From positions 1,152,001 through 1,216,000 of the forward strand of contig OY762964.1 of NCBI GenBank assembly GCA_963667035.1: a stretch of 64,000 nt of DNA, in the 5' to 3' direction. The notes beneath the pieces are model-generated. The model saw only the letters and a program-made list of their open reading frames with translations, was not told the DNA's origin and did not search any database. Shown piece by piece: positions 9,532 to 18,768 of the stretch. Position numbers and translations under genes: made by a program. The stretch comes from Candidatus Cloacimonadales bacterium. GTDB lineage: Bacteria > Cloacimonadota > Cloacimonadia > Cloacimonadales > JAFGVF01. Position 1 is the first letter of the stretch, and each line of letters begins with the position of its first letter.

Positions 9532-10067
9532 TGAAGTGTGAGATTATCTGCTCCGGATTCGGTGGACAAGGTTCACTTACAATTGGTAAGTTTCTTGCTA
9601 AAGCAGGAATGAAAGAAGGCAAGCACGTTTCTTGGTTACCATCTTACGGTCCTGAAATGCGTGGCGGTACAGCTAATGTATCCGCTGTTATTTCGGACAC
9701 CCCCGTTGCTTCTCCAATAGTATCTTTCCCTGATATTCTTGTTGCATTAAACCAACCGTCTTTAGACAAATTCGGTCCGGACGTAAGAGCCGGTGGACTT
9801 ATTATTGTAAATAAGGATATGTGTCCTAATGGCTTGAATAGAGATGATGTTGATATCATTGAAGCAAAAATGTCTGAGATTGCAAATGAAATTGGTTCTC
9901 CAAAAGTACTAAATATGGTTTCTATCGGTATGATTATCGGTAAGACCGGTCTAATTAAGTATGAAACAATTAAAGAAGACTTAACTTCTTTCTTAGAGAA
10001 GAAGAATCCTGCTCTTCTTGAAATGAACCTTATTGCTATTCAGAGAGGAATTGATTTAGCTAAATAG
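9531..10067 (+). CDS. 2-oxoacid:ferredoxin oxidoreductase gamma subunit
   Basis: SGFGGQG, PSYGPEMRGG, NMVSIG. Confidence 0.92.
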   Translation: MKCEIICSGFGGQGSLTIGKFLAKAGMKEGKHVSWLPSYGPEMRGGTANVSAVISDTPVASPIVSFPDILVALNQPSLDKFGPDVRAGGLIIVNKDMCPNGLNRDDVDIIEAKMSEIANEIGSPKVLNMVSIGMIIGKTGLIKYETIKEDLTSFLEKKNPALLEMNLIAIQRGIDLAK

Positions 10068-10084
10068 TTTGAATTGATACATAT

Positions 10085-10120
10085 AAAAGGCTGCTTCTAT
10101 ATGAAGCAGCTTTTCTTTTT
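10085..10120. terminator. Intrinsic terminator, probably bidirectional
   Basis: AAAAGGCTGCTTC-TATAT-GAAGCAGCTTTT between convergent genes. Confidence 0.8.
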
Positions 10121-10134
10121 ATCGAAACTAAAAC

Positions 10135-11364
10135 TTATAATCCTAGGTTGAGTCCAACTAACATTGTAAAGTTATGTAATGTAGATTCAGTTTTAAAATT
10201 TGTATTCGACTCATAGATGAAATCTTTCCAAGTTATATATCCATACTCAAATCCAATATTAAAGGATGAGTATCTATCAAATGGAACTGATAATCCACCT
10301 GAGAATCCATAGTAGAAGTTCGTTTCATTAGACACTTCAAAAGCATTGTATGTTGTATCTTTGTCATAGAACCGTTCATTCTCATAGCGGAAACCGATTC
10401 TTGTTGGATATACTGTATTAAACTGTAATCCTAATCTAAGACCGAAACCGTCATTTGTGTTGTCATTAAAAAAAGCATTATTAAGCTTATAATCGGATAA
10501 GTTCTTGGTCCTGTATTCACCTGTAAACTTGAAATAATCATGGTAAAAAGTGAACCCTATACCTAATTCAGATGGAATATCAATCTCATAATCGGTAAGA
10601 CTGGTGTTAGATTCTTCAAACTTGATAGTATAAGCCGGTTGATACATTATGGCTGCAGTGAACATTCCTGAGAAATCCATCGTAGCACCGAGTCTAACAA
10701 AGTCACCTGTAATACTACCATGTGGGTCATAGGTGAGAGGATCAATATTCTCACTTTCATGTGTTAAATCAGCTTCATATTTACTGGCAAGATTTCTATT
10801 GTAAGTGAATCCTACTGACCAGATTTTGAAAATACTTAAGGCTGTTCCAAGTGACATAACATTGTATCCACCATGATGCTTTTCTGTTACCGTATACTCA
10901 ACTAATGTCTCATAGTCTTTGTTATACGCCATGTCATATTTAACTTTCCAGCCAGCACCCAATGCAAGTTTCATATTAAACATCAAATCAAATGGTACCA
11001 TTACAGCAGCTTGTGCTAATTTAAACTTTGTATCATAATCAATGTTTTGATCATCTATCAGTTGATTGAACTTCGATAACTCATTAAATTGACTACCGTA
11101 ATTAAGTTTAAAAACTGCATTTACATTTGCCGTTTCCGAATAACCCATGTTTGCTGGATTATGGAATAAAGAATTTGCATTCAGAGAATTCAGAATATCT
11201 GTAGAGCCCATACCAAGACTTGCAGGGTCTGTTGAATGATCACCGAATATCAGAGCTGCTCTATCGTTCATTGTGTAGTCCTGGAACTGGAATACACCAT
11301 AGTTATCAGTAGCAGATAAAATACATGTTATGAAAAGAAGAATTAAAAGACTAAGTTTCTTCAT
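10135..11364 (-). CDS. Outer-membrane beta-barrel protein (FadL/PorV-like)
   Basis: Signal peptide; ASLGMG...NSLFHNPANMG plug motif; amphipathic strands. Confidence 0.7.
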   Translation of the reverse strand: MKKLSLLILLFITCILSATDNYGVFQFQDYTMNDRAALIFGDHSTDPASLGMGSTDILNSLNANSLFHNPANMGYSETANVNAVFKLNYGSQFNELSKFNQLIDDQNIDYDTKFKLAQAAVMVPFDLMFNMKLALGAGWKVKYDMAYNKDYETLVEYTVTEKHHGGYNVMSLGTALSIFKIWSVGFTYNRNLASKYEADLTHESENIDPLTYDPHGSITGDFVRLGATMDFSGMFTAAIMYQPAYTIKFEESNTSLTDYEIDIPSELGIGFTFYHDYFKFTGEYRTKNLSDYKLNNAFFNDNTNDGFGLRLGLQFNTVYPTRIGFRYENERFYDKDTTYNAFEVSNETNFYYGFSGGLSVPFDRYSSFNIGFEYGYITWKDFIYESNTNFKTESTLHNFTMLVGLNLGL

Positions 11365-11545
11365 TTTGACACCCTTTTTGATTTTGTGTTACTGGAATTA
11401 TATAAGAACATTGTTTATATATGTCAATCAATCTTTTCCATTTTTTACAATCCAAACGTCTAATAAAGTTAAAAGTTGTATGGGTTTGACGTTTGAATTA
11501 TTTAAAACATTGACTAATATGCAAGTGCATAAAATGTGTTGCTGA

Positions 11546-12487
11546 ATGAAGAGATTATTTAAATTTGCGGGAACTTTTTTATTCCTCTTTATGAGCTTTA
11601 GTGTTAATGCACAAAGTTTTAACTGGTATTCTCAGACAGATCCTGATTGGAAAAATATCAAGCTGGGATATTCCAAATCCATTTCAATTGCTAAAAGCGG
11701 TTGTGTTCTTTCTTGCATTTCTATGTTGTTAAATGCTGAAGCTGGAACTGATGAAGTAACTCCTCGCAATCTCAATTATTGGTTAAAAAAACATCATGGT
11801 TTTATAAATGCTGATATGATTCTTGAAGTTCCACCTAAGTATGACGGACTACTGAATGGAATGGAGTTCGATGAGCGATCTTGGCAAAGAAACGATTGGA
11901 GATTTCTTGCTAGACATCTGGCCATTGGAAACAAAGTGATAGTAAAAGTTGGTAGAGGTAAAGGTCATTGGGTTTTGGTTACTGAACGTTCCGGTCCACT
12001 ATATAAACCATCTTCTTATAAAGTAAACGATCCGGCATTGAAGTCTTGGCACAATAGGTCTTTAGCTTATTGGGGAGGATTTAGATCTGCTGTGGCTTAT
12101 TCAGGAAGATGGATTGATGATACAACCATATTCCTTAAAAAAAGTGTGGAGATGTTGCCTTCTTGGGAGAAGGACGCATTTATAAAGGAGTTAGTAGGAA
12201 ATACAGATGCCGGCGAGTTCTCTGCAGTTATTCACAATTCATTAAGCATTGCAGTGGAAGGTTACTTGATTTTGGCTATTGAGCCTAGAGGGGGAAAGAA
12301 AAGAAGAGTTCTGGATTATATTAAAGTTAAGATGGCTCCTAAAGAAGATAATGAAGTTATGTTCCAAACAAATGAGTTCAATACAGCCGTAACAAATATT
12401 GACCAGTTATATGTCATTTTTTCAAAGGGTTTGACCCTTGACGAGTTTCCTGAGAATGGAATAAGATTGAAAGTTAGATACAATTAA
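11546..12487 (+). CDS. Secreted C39-like cysteine peptidase
   Basis: Signal peptide; YSQTDPDW, SGCVLSC, GHWVLV, VNDP. Confidence 0.7.
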   Translation: MKRLFKFAGTFLFLFMSFSVNAQSFNWYSQTDPDWKNIKLGYSKSISIAKSGCVLSCISMLLNAEAGTDEVTPRNLNYWLKKHHGFINADMILEVPPKYDGLLNGMEFDERSWQRNDWRFLARHLAIGNKVIVKVGRGKGHWVLVTERSGPLYKPSSYKVNDPALKSWHNRSLAYWGGFRSAVAYSGRWIDDTTIFLKKSVEMLPSWEKDAFIKELVGNTDAGEFSAVIHNSLSIAVEGYLILAIEPRGGKKRRVLDYIKVKMAPKEDNEVMFQTNEFNTAVTNIDQLYVIFSKGLTLDEFPENGIRLKVRYN

Positions 12488-12545
12488 TACACAAAATTAA
12501 CCATACTACATAAATGAAAATAGCCGTCATAGACGGCTAAAAACT

Positions 12546-12621
12546 TGGTGGAGCATAACGGACTTGAACCGATGACCCCTACACTGCCAGTGTAGTGCTC
12601 TCCCAGCTGAGCTAATGCCCC
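12546..12621 (-). tRNA. tRNA-Ala(GGC)
   Basis: Reverse complement GGGGCATTAGCTCAGCTGGGAGAGCACTACACTGGCAGTGTAGGGGTCATCGGTTCAAGTCCGTTATGCTCCACCA; 76 nt, G3-U70 pair, encoded CCA. Confidence 0.97.
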
Positions 12622-12758
12622 AAGTCATTTTTGAAAAAATATTACCACGGTTATATGTCAAGAAAAATCAAATGTCAGCATGGATATTGTTTTGAACTAA
12701 TTATTAAATATAAAAGAGTCTGTCATAAGACAGACTTTGAAGAAACATAAGCTAAATT

Positions 12759-13532
12759 TTATTTTGTTATTCCTCTTTCTGAATTCCTGACAAAATCAAC
12801 AAACTCTTTCTGCACGTCAATCATATCTAGCTTTTCTGCTTCGGCAGTAGCTTGAGCAGTGTTAAGACTACTTCTATAGTAAAGCTTATAAACTTTTTTC
12901 AATCCGGCTACAGCTTCTTTACTAAAGCCTTTTCTCAAAAGTCCTATACCATTTAATCCATGAACTTCAAACAAGTTACCTTGTCCTCTTACAAAAGGAG
13001 GAACATCTTTCTTAACTGCTGAGCAACCGCCAATAAAAGCATATTTACCAATCTTAACGAATTGATGAACAGCTGTAACTCCGCCTATTATTGCAAAGTC
13101 CTCAACTATAACATGACCTGCGAAGTTAACTGCATTAGCAATTACAATACTATTACCAATCTGACAATTGTGAGCTATGTGAGCATAAGCCATGATTAGA
13201 TTATTGTCTCCGACTACTGTAGCTTCACCAGGTCCATTGGAACGGTTAATTGTAGCGTACTCTCTTATGGTATTATTATCTCCGATTCTTAAGTAGGTCT
13301 TAGAACCATCAAACTTTAAGTCTTGTGGATCTGTTCCTATAACTGCATAAGGAGAAACTTTGTTACCATCTCCCATCTCAGTTGGTCCATTTACAATTAC
13401 ATGTGACTGAAATGAATTATTCTTTCCTATTACCACATCAGATCCAATTATGCAATATGGTCCTATAACTGTACCGTCTCCAATCTTAGCATCTTTATCA
13501 ACTATAGCTGTAGGATGAACAGTGTAATTCAT
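12759..13532 (-). CDS. lpxA: UDP-N-acetylglucosamine O-acyltransferase
   Basis: Hexapeptide repeats, PQDLK, IREYATI, HIAHNC, VHQF. Confidence 0.96.
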   Translation of the reverse strand: MNYTVHPTAIVDKDAKIGDGTVIGPYCIIGSDVVIGKNNSFQSHVIVNGPTEMGDGNKVSPYAVIGTDPQDLKFDGSKTYLRIGDNNTIREYATINRSNGPGEATVVGDNNLIMAYAHIAHNCQIGNSIVIANAVNFAGHVIVEDFAIIGGVTAVHQFVKIGKYAFIGGCSAVKKDVPPFVRGQGNLFEVHGLNGIGLLRKGFSKEAVAGLKKVYKLYYRSSLNTAQATAEAEKLDMIDVQKEFVDFVRNSERGITK

Positions 13533-13541
13533 ATCTTTTCC

Positions 13542-14936
13542 TTAATTTCTATCTACAACCATTGCTAGGAAATCACCTTCACATACTTTCGTATCGCCAA
13601 CGAAAGCGTCTCCATGCATTTTGGTTAATGAACGTTTTAATGAGATTACTTTTAACTCAAAACGAAGAGTATCTCCCGGAAGCACAGGTTTCCTAAATTT
13701 AACATTATCTATTGAAGCAAACATGGCTAAATGATCTTGAGGATTCTCAAGATTATTTAAAAGCATGATACCACCTGTTTGAGCCATTGCTTCTATAATG
13801 AGTACTCCAGGCATAACTGGTGAACCAGGGAAATGTCCATTAAAGAACTCCTCATTTACAGTAACATTCTTGATGCCAACAATCTTTTCTCCAGGAATGA
13901 ACTCGATTATCTTATCAACAAATAGGAATGGGTATCTATGGGGGAGAATCCTCTTTATAGCATTTATATCAAACACTACATTTTGAGTTCTCTTTCTCTG
14001 ATACTCTTTTTGAAGTCTTTGTTTCTGCTGAATCTTTCTAAGTTTCTTAACAAGTTCAACGTTAGTTTTATGTCCGGAGCGTGCAGCAAGAATGTGACCT
14101 TTAATTGGAACACCTAAAAGAGCTACATCACCGATCAGATCTAATACTTTATGACGTACAAATTCATTATAATAGCGTAGAGGCTGATTGTTAATTATTC
14201 CTTCACTAGATATTTCAATAGGTTCCTTAAAGTTAAATACTTTTCTTAGCTCTTCAAGTCTCTCAGGATCAATATCCGGTTCACCAATAACAACTGCGTT
14301 ATCAAGAGAGCCACCTTTAATCAATCCTGCTGCTTTTAGCATCAGGATCTCTTTTACAAAACAGAATGTTCTTGAGGCCGCAAAATCTTTTTCGAACACA
14401 CTTAAGTCTGGCATCCAAGTATATTGTGTACCTAAGAGTGGATGTTGATAATCTACAAGGAAGGTAACTTTTAACTCACTTGCAGGTACTATTACTACAT
14501 CAACATTTTCTTCTTCTGCTGTAAAACTAATAGGCTCTTCTATTTCAAAATATTCTCTTATTGAATCTTGTTGGATAACTCCAACTTGTTTCAATAATTT
14601 AAGAAATGGCATAGCACTACCGTCAGCAACAGGAGCTTCTGGTCCATTAATCTCAATCTTTATGTTATCAATATCCAACCCTTTAATAGCTGCTAAAACA
14701 TGTTCAATTGTAGATACAGTGGCTTTTCCTATTCCGATAGTTGTTCCACGGGATATGTCAACTACATGTTCTATATCTGCAGGTATAACGGGTGAATCTG
14801 GCATGTCAACACGAACAAAAACGATTCCATCGTCTTGAGATGCCGGCTTAAAAGTTATGGTTGTTATTTCTCCGGTGTGTAATCCAATCCCTGTATATGA
14901 GATAGACCCACCGATAGTTTGTTTGTGTTCTTGCAT
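13542..14936 (-). CDS. lpxC: Bifunctional LpxC/FabZ
   Basis: GIGLHTG, TIEHVLAA, RHKVLDLIGD, GH, fused to LPHRYPFLFVD, FNGHFP...MPGVLIIEAMAQ. Confidence 0.96.
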   Translation of the reverse strand: MQEHKQTIGGSISYTGIGLHTGEITTITFKPASQDDGIVFVRVDMPDSPVIPADIEHVVDISRGTTIGIGKATVSTIEHVLAAIKGLDIDNIKIEINGPEAPVADGSAMPFLKLLKQVGVIQQDSIREYFEIEEPISFTAEEENVDVVIVPASELKVTFLVDYQHPLLGTQYTWMPDLSVFEKDFAASRTFCFVKEILMLKAAGLIKGGSLDNAVVIGEPDIDPERLEELRKVFNFKEPIEISSEGIINNQPLRYYNEFVRHKVLDLIGDVALLGVPIKGHILAARSGHKTNVELVKKLRKIQQKQRLQKEYQRKRTQNVVFDINAIKRILPHRYPFLFVDKIIEFIPGEKIVGIKNVTVNEEFFNGHFPGSPVMPGVLIIEAMAQTGGIMLLNNLENPQDHLAMFASIDNVKFRKPVLPGDTLRFELKVISLKRSLTKMHGDAFVGDTKVCEGDFLAMVVDRN

Positions 14937-14939
14937 ATA

Positions 14940-15983
14940 CTACTCTTTATTTTCTTTCTTCAATTGTTTCTTATAAAATTTAACTAGTTCCGGTAAATAT
15001 CTTTGGGATGCTAGAATTCTTTTAGTTACTCCTGATTCTCTTGCCGGTATTCCAAACATAAGTTTATTGTCTTCAACACTACCGGAAATGCCTGATTTAG
15101 CTCCAACTTTTACATTGTTACCAATCTTCACATGATCAGCAACTCCAACTTGCCCTGCTAAGTAAACTAAATCACCAACTCTGGTACTTCCGGCTATACC
15201 GACTTGTGAACAAAGCATGGTATTTTCTCCGACCTGAACATTATGACCGACTTGGACAAGATTATCTAATTTAGTATGCTTCCCAATTTTAGTTGTTCCC
15301 AAAGCACCTCTATCAATACAAGAATTTGCACCAATCTCAACATCATCTTCAATAACAACATTGCCTACTTGAGGTACTTTCTGTTGAATACCATCATGAT
15401 AAATATAACCAAAACCATCTGCACCAATGACTACTCCAGCATGAAGAATCACATTGTTATTAATTATTGTATCTTGATATATTGTAACATTTGGGAAAAA
15501 GTGACAATTCTTACCAATTACAACATTGTCCATAACAACACAATTAGCTTCAATAACAGTGAATTCATCAATCTTAACATTAGCACCAATAACTACATTA
15601 TCTTTGATAATTACTGTATCTGAAACATTGGCAGAATCAGATATTGATGCTGTTTTGCTAATTGATGCTTGAAACTTTGGCTCACTCAATTTAATCCATG
15701 TTTTAATCAGCATCATGAAGTAAACATAGGGATGCTCAACTTTAAAGAGATTCGTGTTTGGCAGTGACATTTCATCAAAATCAATATTAACAAAGAGAAG
15801 TCCGGCTTTTGTTTGCTTTAAATCCGAAGCAAATGCTTCATTCTCGTAAAAACAAATCGAATTTGAGTTAGCTTCCAATAATTCAGCTACATTATTTAAA
15901 GTAACATTACCTCTCTTTATAAGCTGCCCAGGTATCTGAGAAGCTATTAATTCAGGAGTAATGTCAAGCTCAAAAATCTTCAT
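14940..15983 (-). CDS. lpxD: UDP-3-O-acyl-glucosamine N-acyltransferase
   Basis: [28 protein letters not shown]. Confidence 0.96.
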   Translation of the reverse strand: MKIFELDITPELIASQIPGQLIKRGNVTLNNVAELLEANSNSICFYENEAFASDLKQTKAGLLFVNIDFDEMSLPNTNLFKVEHPYVYFMMLIKTWIKLSEPKFQASISKTASISDSANVSDTVIIKDNVVIGANVKIDEFTVIEANCVVMDNVVIGKNCHFFPNVTIYQDTIINNNVILHAGVVIGADGFGYIYHDGIQQKVPQVGNVVIEDDVEIGANSCIDRGALGTTKIGKHTKLDNLVQVGHNVQVGENTMLCSQVGIAGSTRVGDLVYLAGQVGVADHVKIGNNVKVGAKSGISGSVEDNKLMFGIPARESGVTKRILASQRYLPELVKFYKKQLKKENKE

Positions 15984-16562
15984 TTATTTCTTTCCGCTCT
16001 CTTCTTTAGTCTTAGGAGTATCTGTCTGGCTAGGAGAAATCTGGCCACTGTCTGTATCCATTCTCTGTATCACCATTTCTGTAATATCCATTTCTTGAGT
16101 AGCGTAAAGAACTCCTCCGGCACTTACATTAAGAACAAATGAATAGTTTTCTTGAATTGCAATGTCTTGAATTACTTCAAGGATCTTGTTCTGAACTGGT
16201 TCAACTAACTCTTGATATCTCTGAGCAGCAGTACCATTTTCGCCGAAGAACTCTTCAACTTTAGCTCTGTATTCAGCTTTTTTATCTTCAATCTTTTTTT
16301 CTTGTTCAGCTCTTCCTGAAGCACTGTAAGTAAGCTTATGTGTTTCGAAATCTGTTTCCATTCTTGTGTATTCACTTTCAAGCTCTTGCAGCTGGTTTGC
16401 CCATTCTTGTCTTTCTAAATCAAATGCTCTTTGAATCTCTTGTGTGTCATTACAACGTGTAATAACTGCGTCTATATCTACATAAGCGATCTCTTGTGAT
16501 TTTGCTAATAAGCCAACCGTTAACATTGTAGCTACGACCAGCAATAATACTAATTTTTTCAT
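15984..16562 (-). CDS. skp: OmpH/Skp periplasmic chaperone
   Basis: Signal peptide from ATG 16562 (GGAGG RBS); IAYVD, coiled coil, VLYA...DITEMVI; upstream of lpxD. Confidence 0.88.
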   Translation of the reverse strand: MKKLVLLLVVATMLTVGLLAKSQEIAYVDIDAVITRCNDTQEIQRAFDLERQEWANQLQELESEYTRMETDFETHKLTYSASGRAEQEKKIEDKKAEYRAKVEEFFGENGTAAQRYQELVEPVQNKILEVIQDIAIQENYSFVLNVSAGGVLYATQEMDITEMVIQRMDTDSGQISPSQTDTPKTKEESGKK

Positions 16563-17000
16563 TAGTCCTCCACTTTTTATACGTTTTCGCAAGTTTTATG
16601 ATAATGACTAATTAGTCAAACAAAAATATTAATCTATAATAAGTATATATACCTATAAATTGGTTGATATTCCGACTTTGAAACTCATCAGTTGTTACTA
16701 TGATTTTGTTGTTATGTATTAGATTGTTATATTGCAATAGAATACATTAGAAAGTTAAACTAAAACTTCACATACTAGTGAATAACTTATTAACAATTTG
16801 TAAATAAAAAGTGCATGTAGATTATTATGATTTTAATCTGGTAAATCATGCTTATTACCACACAAAACAAGCATGAATCTTAGCGTTGTATTACAGTAGC
16901 TTTATTAGAGATAATTCAAGTGTGTAAACTATATATCATTTGACAATAAAATGCATTGAAATGTCTTGGAAAGTAAAATAAGAAATCAATGAGGAAATTA

Positions 17001-17996
17001 ATGAAGCGCAAAGAAATTATCTCTTTAGTTCTTTTAATATTGGTATTAGGATTAGGGTTTTGGCAATATAAGCATAGGAAATATACAGATAAGCGTAGTA
17101 GAATAATGCTTGATACAATAGTTGAGATTTCTGTTTCTTCTCAGCATAAAAATATTGTACCAATAATTGAGAAGGGATTTACACTTGTAGAGTTTTACGA
17201 GAACAAATTTAGTGAGTATAGAGATAGTTCACTTGTCTGGCAAATTAACCACTCCGAAGGTAATCCTGTAGCTATAGATTCAGATACATATAATTTATTG
17301 AGATATGCTGAAAAGCTATACAATGATACTGAAGGAGCTTTTGATATAACAATAGGGTCAGTGATTGATGTTTGGGATTTTGATATTAAAAAAATACCAT
17401 CTGATGCTGAGTTAAAAGCAGCACTTACTCATGTAGGTTTCGATAAAGTTTATTTTAACGATAAAGAGATTATTATTCCTTCCGGAACAAAGATAACCTT
17501 TGGAGCGATTGCTAAAGGCTACATTCTAGACAGAGTTGCTGAAGAATTGTCTAAAGAAGACATTGTCTGCGGATATATAACTACAAGAAGTAGTTACAAA
17601 TCATTTGGGAAAAATCGAAAAGCACAAAAAGTTGGAATTCAGCATCCAAGAAATATGAATGAGATAATTTCAGTGCTGAATCTTACAGATGAGGCAATAG
17701 GAACTTCAGGAGATTATCAGAGATATTTTGAAATAGATGATGTTAGATATCATCATATTCTCAATGCTAAAACAGGTATGCCTGTTAAGGATATCTATTC
17801 AGTTACTGTGATTGCTGACAATGCTTTTATAGCAGACGGTCTATCAACAGCAGTGTTCCTAATGGAACCACACAAGGGTATAGAGTATATTAAGAAGCGA
17901 AATGATTGTGAAGCTGTTATATATTATCAAGAGGGAGAAGAGATTATTTCTTTAAAATCCCTTGGAATGAAGAAGATACTAGAAAATGAAAAATAA
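17001..17996 (+). CDS. apbE: FAD:protein FMN transferase
   Basis: GAFDITIG, GAIAKGY, VGIQHP, TSGDYQRYF, YHHIL, ADGLSTA. Confidence 0.92.
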   Translation: MKRKEIISLVLLILVLGLGFWQYKHRKYTDKRSRIMLDTIVEISVSSQHKNIVPIIEKGFTLVEFYENKFSEYRDSSLVWQINHSEGNPVAIDSDTYNLLRYAEKLYNDTEGAFDITIGSVIDVWDFDIKKIPSDAELKAALTHVGFDKVYFNDKEIIIPSGTKITFGAIAKGYILDRVAEELSKEDIVCGYITTRSSYKSFGKNRKAQKVGIQHPRNMNEIISVLNLTDEAIGTSGDYQRYFEIDDVRYHHILNAKTGMPVKDIYSVTVIADNAFIADGLSTAVFLMEPHKGIEYIKKRNDCEAVIYYQEGEEIISLKSLGMKKILENEK

Positions 17997-18762
17997 GAAG
18001 GATATTCAAAGCCTACCTGATAAGAGGAATGTACTCATTGACAAAGTAGGTGTAAAAAGTGTTAGATACCCAATAATAGTTGAGGATAAAGTCAATGGAA
18101 CTCAACAAACTATTGCGGATTTGGACATCTTTGTTCAGTTGCCTCATAATCATAGAGGAACCCATATGTCCAGGTTCCTGGAAGTTCTAAATAAGTATCA
18201 TGAAGATTCTTTAGTAGATAAACTGCCAGACTTTCTTAATGAGATTAAAGATAGATTAAATGCGGAAGCTTCATTTGTCAACGTAAGATTCCCATATTTT
18301 GTTAGGAAAACAGCTCCTAAGTCAGGGATAAGCTCTTTACTAGATTATTCTTGTTTTTTTGAAGCCAGTTATAAAGAATACTATGAATTGATTATTGGGG
18401 TTGTTGTTCCTGTTACTTCACTTTGTCCTTGTTCAAAAGAAATTAGTGAATATGGAGCCCATAATCAGAGATCTCATATAACTATTAAGGTTAAATTTAA
18501 TGACTTTGTTTGGCTCGAAGACTTAATTTCCATTGCAGAAGAGACAGCTAGTTGTGAAGTTTATCCATTATTAAAGCGAGTTGATGAGAAATATGTTACT
18601 GAAAAAGCTTATGAGAATCCAAGATTTGTTGAGGATATAGTGAGAGAAGTTGCTGTAAGGTTAAGAGCAGATGATAGAATTACAGGATTCGTAGTAGAAT
18701 CTGAAAACTTTGAGTCAATACACAATCATAGTGCTTATGCCTTTGTTAAGGAGAATTTTTAA
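17986..18762 (+). CDS. folE2: GTP cyclohydrolase IB
   Basis: RGTHMSRF, TSLCPCSK, GAHNQRS, ENPRFVED, ESIHNH. Confidence 0.96.
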   Translation: MKNKKDIQSLPDKRNVLIDKVGVKSVRYPIIVEDKVNGTQQTIADLDIFVQLPHNHRGTHMSRFLEVLNKYHEDSLVDKLPDFLNEIKDRLNAEASFVNVRFPYFVRKTAPKSGISSLLDYSCFFEASYKEYYELIIGVVVPVTSLCPCSKEISEYGAHNQRSHITIKVKFNDFVWLEDLISIAEETASCEVYPLLKRVDEKYVTEKAYENPRFVEDIVREVAVRLRADDRITGFVVESENFESIHNHSAYAFVKENF

Positions 18763-18768
18763 GAAAAG

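Noticed and set aside
13542..14936. LpxC-FabZ fusion as a novelty
   Set aside because: Well known in Bacteroidota and related FCB lineages; useful only as a taxonomic clue.
16770..16935. DnaA-box-like 9-mers between skp and apbE
   Set aside because: All are mismatched and expected by chance in AT-rich DNA.
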